Assembly: GCF_000143415.4 (NCBI RefSeq)
Contig: NW_003314277.1
Span: 1,392,493-1,456,492 of the forward strand
DNA length: 64,000 bases
Source: Selaginella moellendorffii
Taxonomy: Eukaryota > Plantae > Lycopodiophyta
Reading direction: 5' to 3'
The notes beneath the pieces were generated by a model. The model was not told the DNA's origin and made no database searches. It was given only the letters and a program-made list of their open reading frames with translations. Position 1 is the stretch's first letter; each line of letters opens with the position of its first letter. This document shows positions 63,553 through 64,000 of the stretch, piece by piece. A program made the position numbers and the translations under genes.

Positions 63553-64000
63553 AGTCACAGTACAGCAAAGAGGGAAACGCAATGGTAAATTTTTCCCTTT
63601 CCTGTAGTTTCATGCTATGGCTTCTTTCCTTCTTGGAGAGACACTTCACTCTCGTTGCCATTGTTGCATTCGCTACGTACATAACATAGTTTCGTTTTCC
63701 CGTAACTCTATTCCTTCTTCGAGGCAAAGCAACTACAGGGAACGAGGAACCAATCGCTTGGTAAGCTGTTGAGATAGTTTTGACAGTGCTCACTAATCCC
63801 TTTCCATTGTTTTTATCAGGGAAGGGGACAGTGATTCTACTCTTTCAAAGCTTTGCAAGGAAATGAAACAGTGATAAGTTTTATAAGTTTTTCCTCCCAG
63901 CAAAGAACTCGAGTAAGTACCGCCTCGCGTATTTGTTGTGAGTTGCGTTGTGTTTCTTTGCTCCTAATTTTTACAGTCGAGAGAGCTTCGTTCTCCTCTG

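Overview
Eukaryotic plant genomic DNA. Very short (~47-65 nt) GT-AG introns, GC-rich genes and the PPR style suggest the lycophyte Selaginella; this is an inference. (1) 1-9 kb is a gene-dense block: an ankyrin + tandem CCCH zinc-finger (TZF) gene running off the left edge, TFIIS, a BAR-SH3 (SH3P) gene and an unknown protein. (2) 9.7-17.3 kb is a mosaic of gene fragments (LRR-RLK exons, a GDSL last exon, duplicated pieces) around one intact 5-exon gene with a candidate PD-(D/E)xK nuclease motif. (3) An extremely AT-rich, intronless, secreted bulb-type lectin gene lies at 17.6-18.5 kb, with a divergent paralog at 57.8-58.6 kb. (4) 19.2-48.2 kb is a Ty3/gypsy (chromovirus-type) nest, including a three-level self-nested non-autonomous LTR element whose levels are confirmed by 5-bp TSDs. 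Its LTRs carry variable hexamer/dodecamer repeats, and a five-hairpin module with two tRNA T-loops lies downstream of the pol remnant. (5) A trihelix TF and a PLS-class PPR gene sit head-to-head. (6) TIC56 and the start of another spliced gene end the window. There are three N gaps. The most notable candidates are the AT-rich secreted novel-domain/B-lectin family, the conserved structured RNA module in the retroelements and the REase-like gene.
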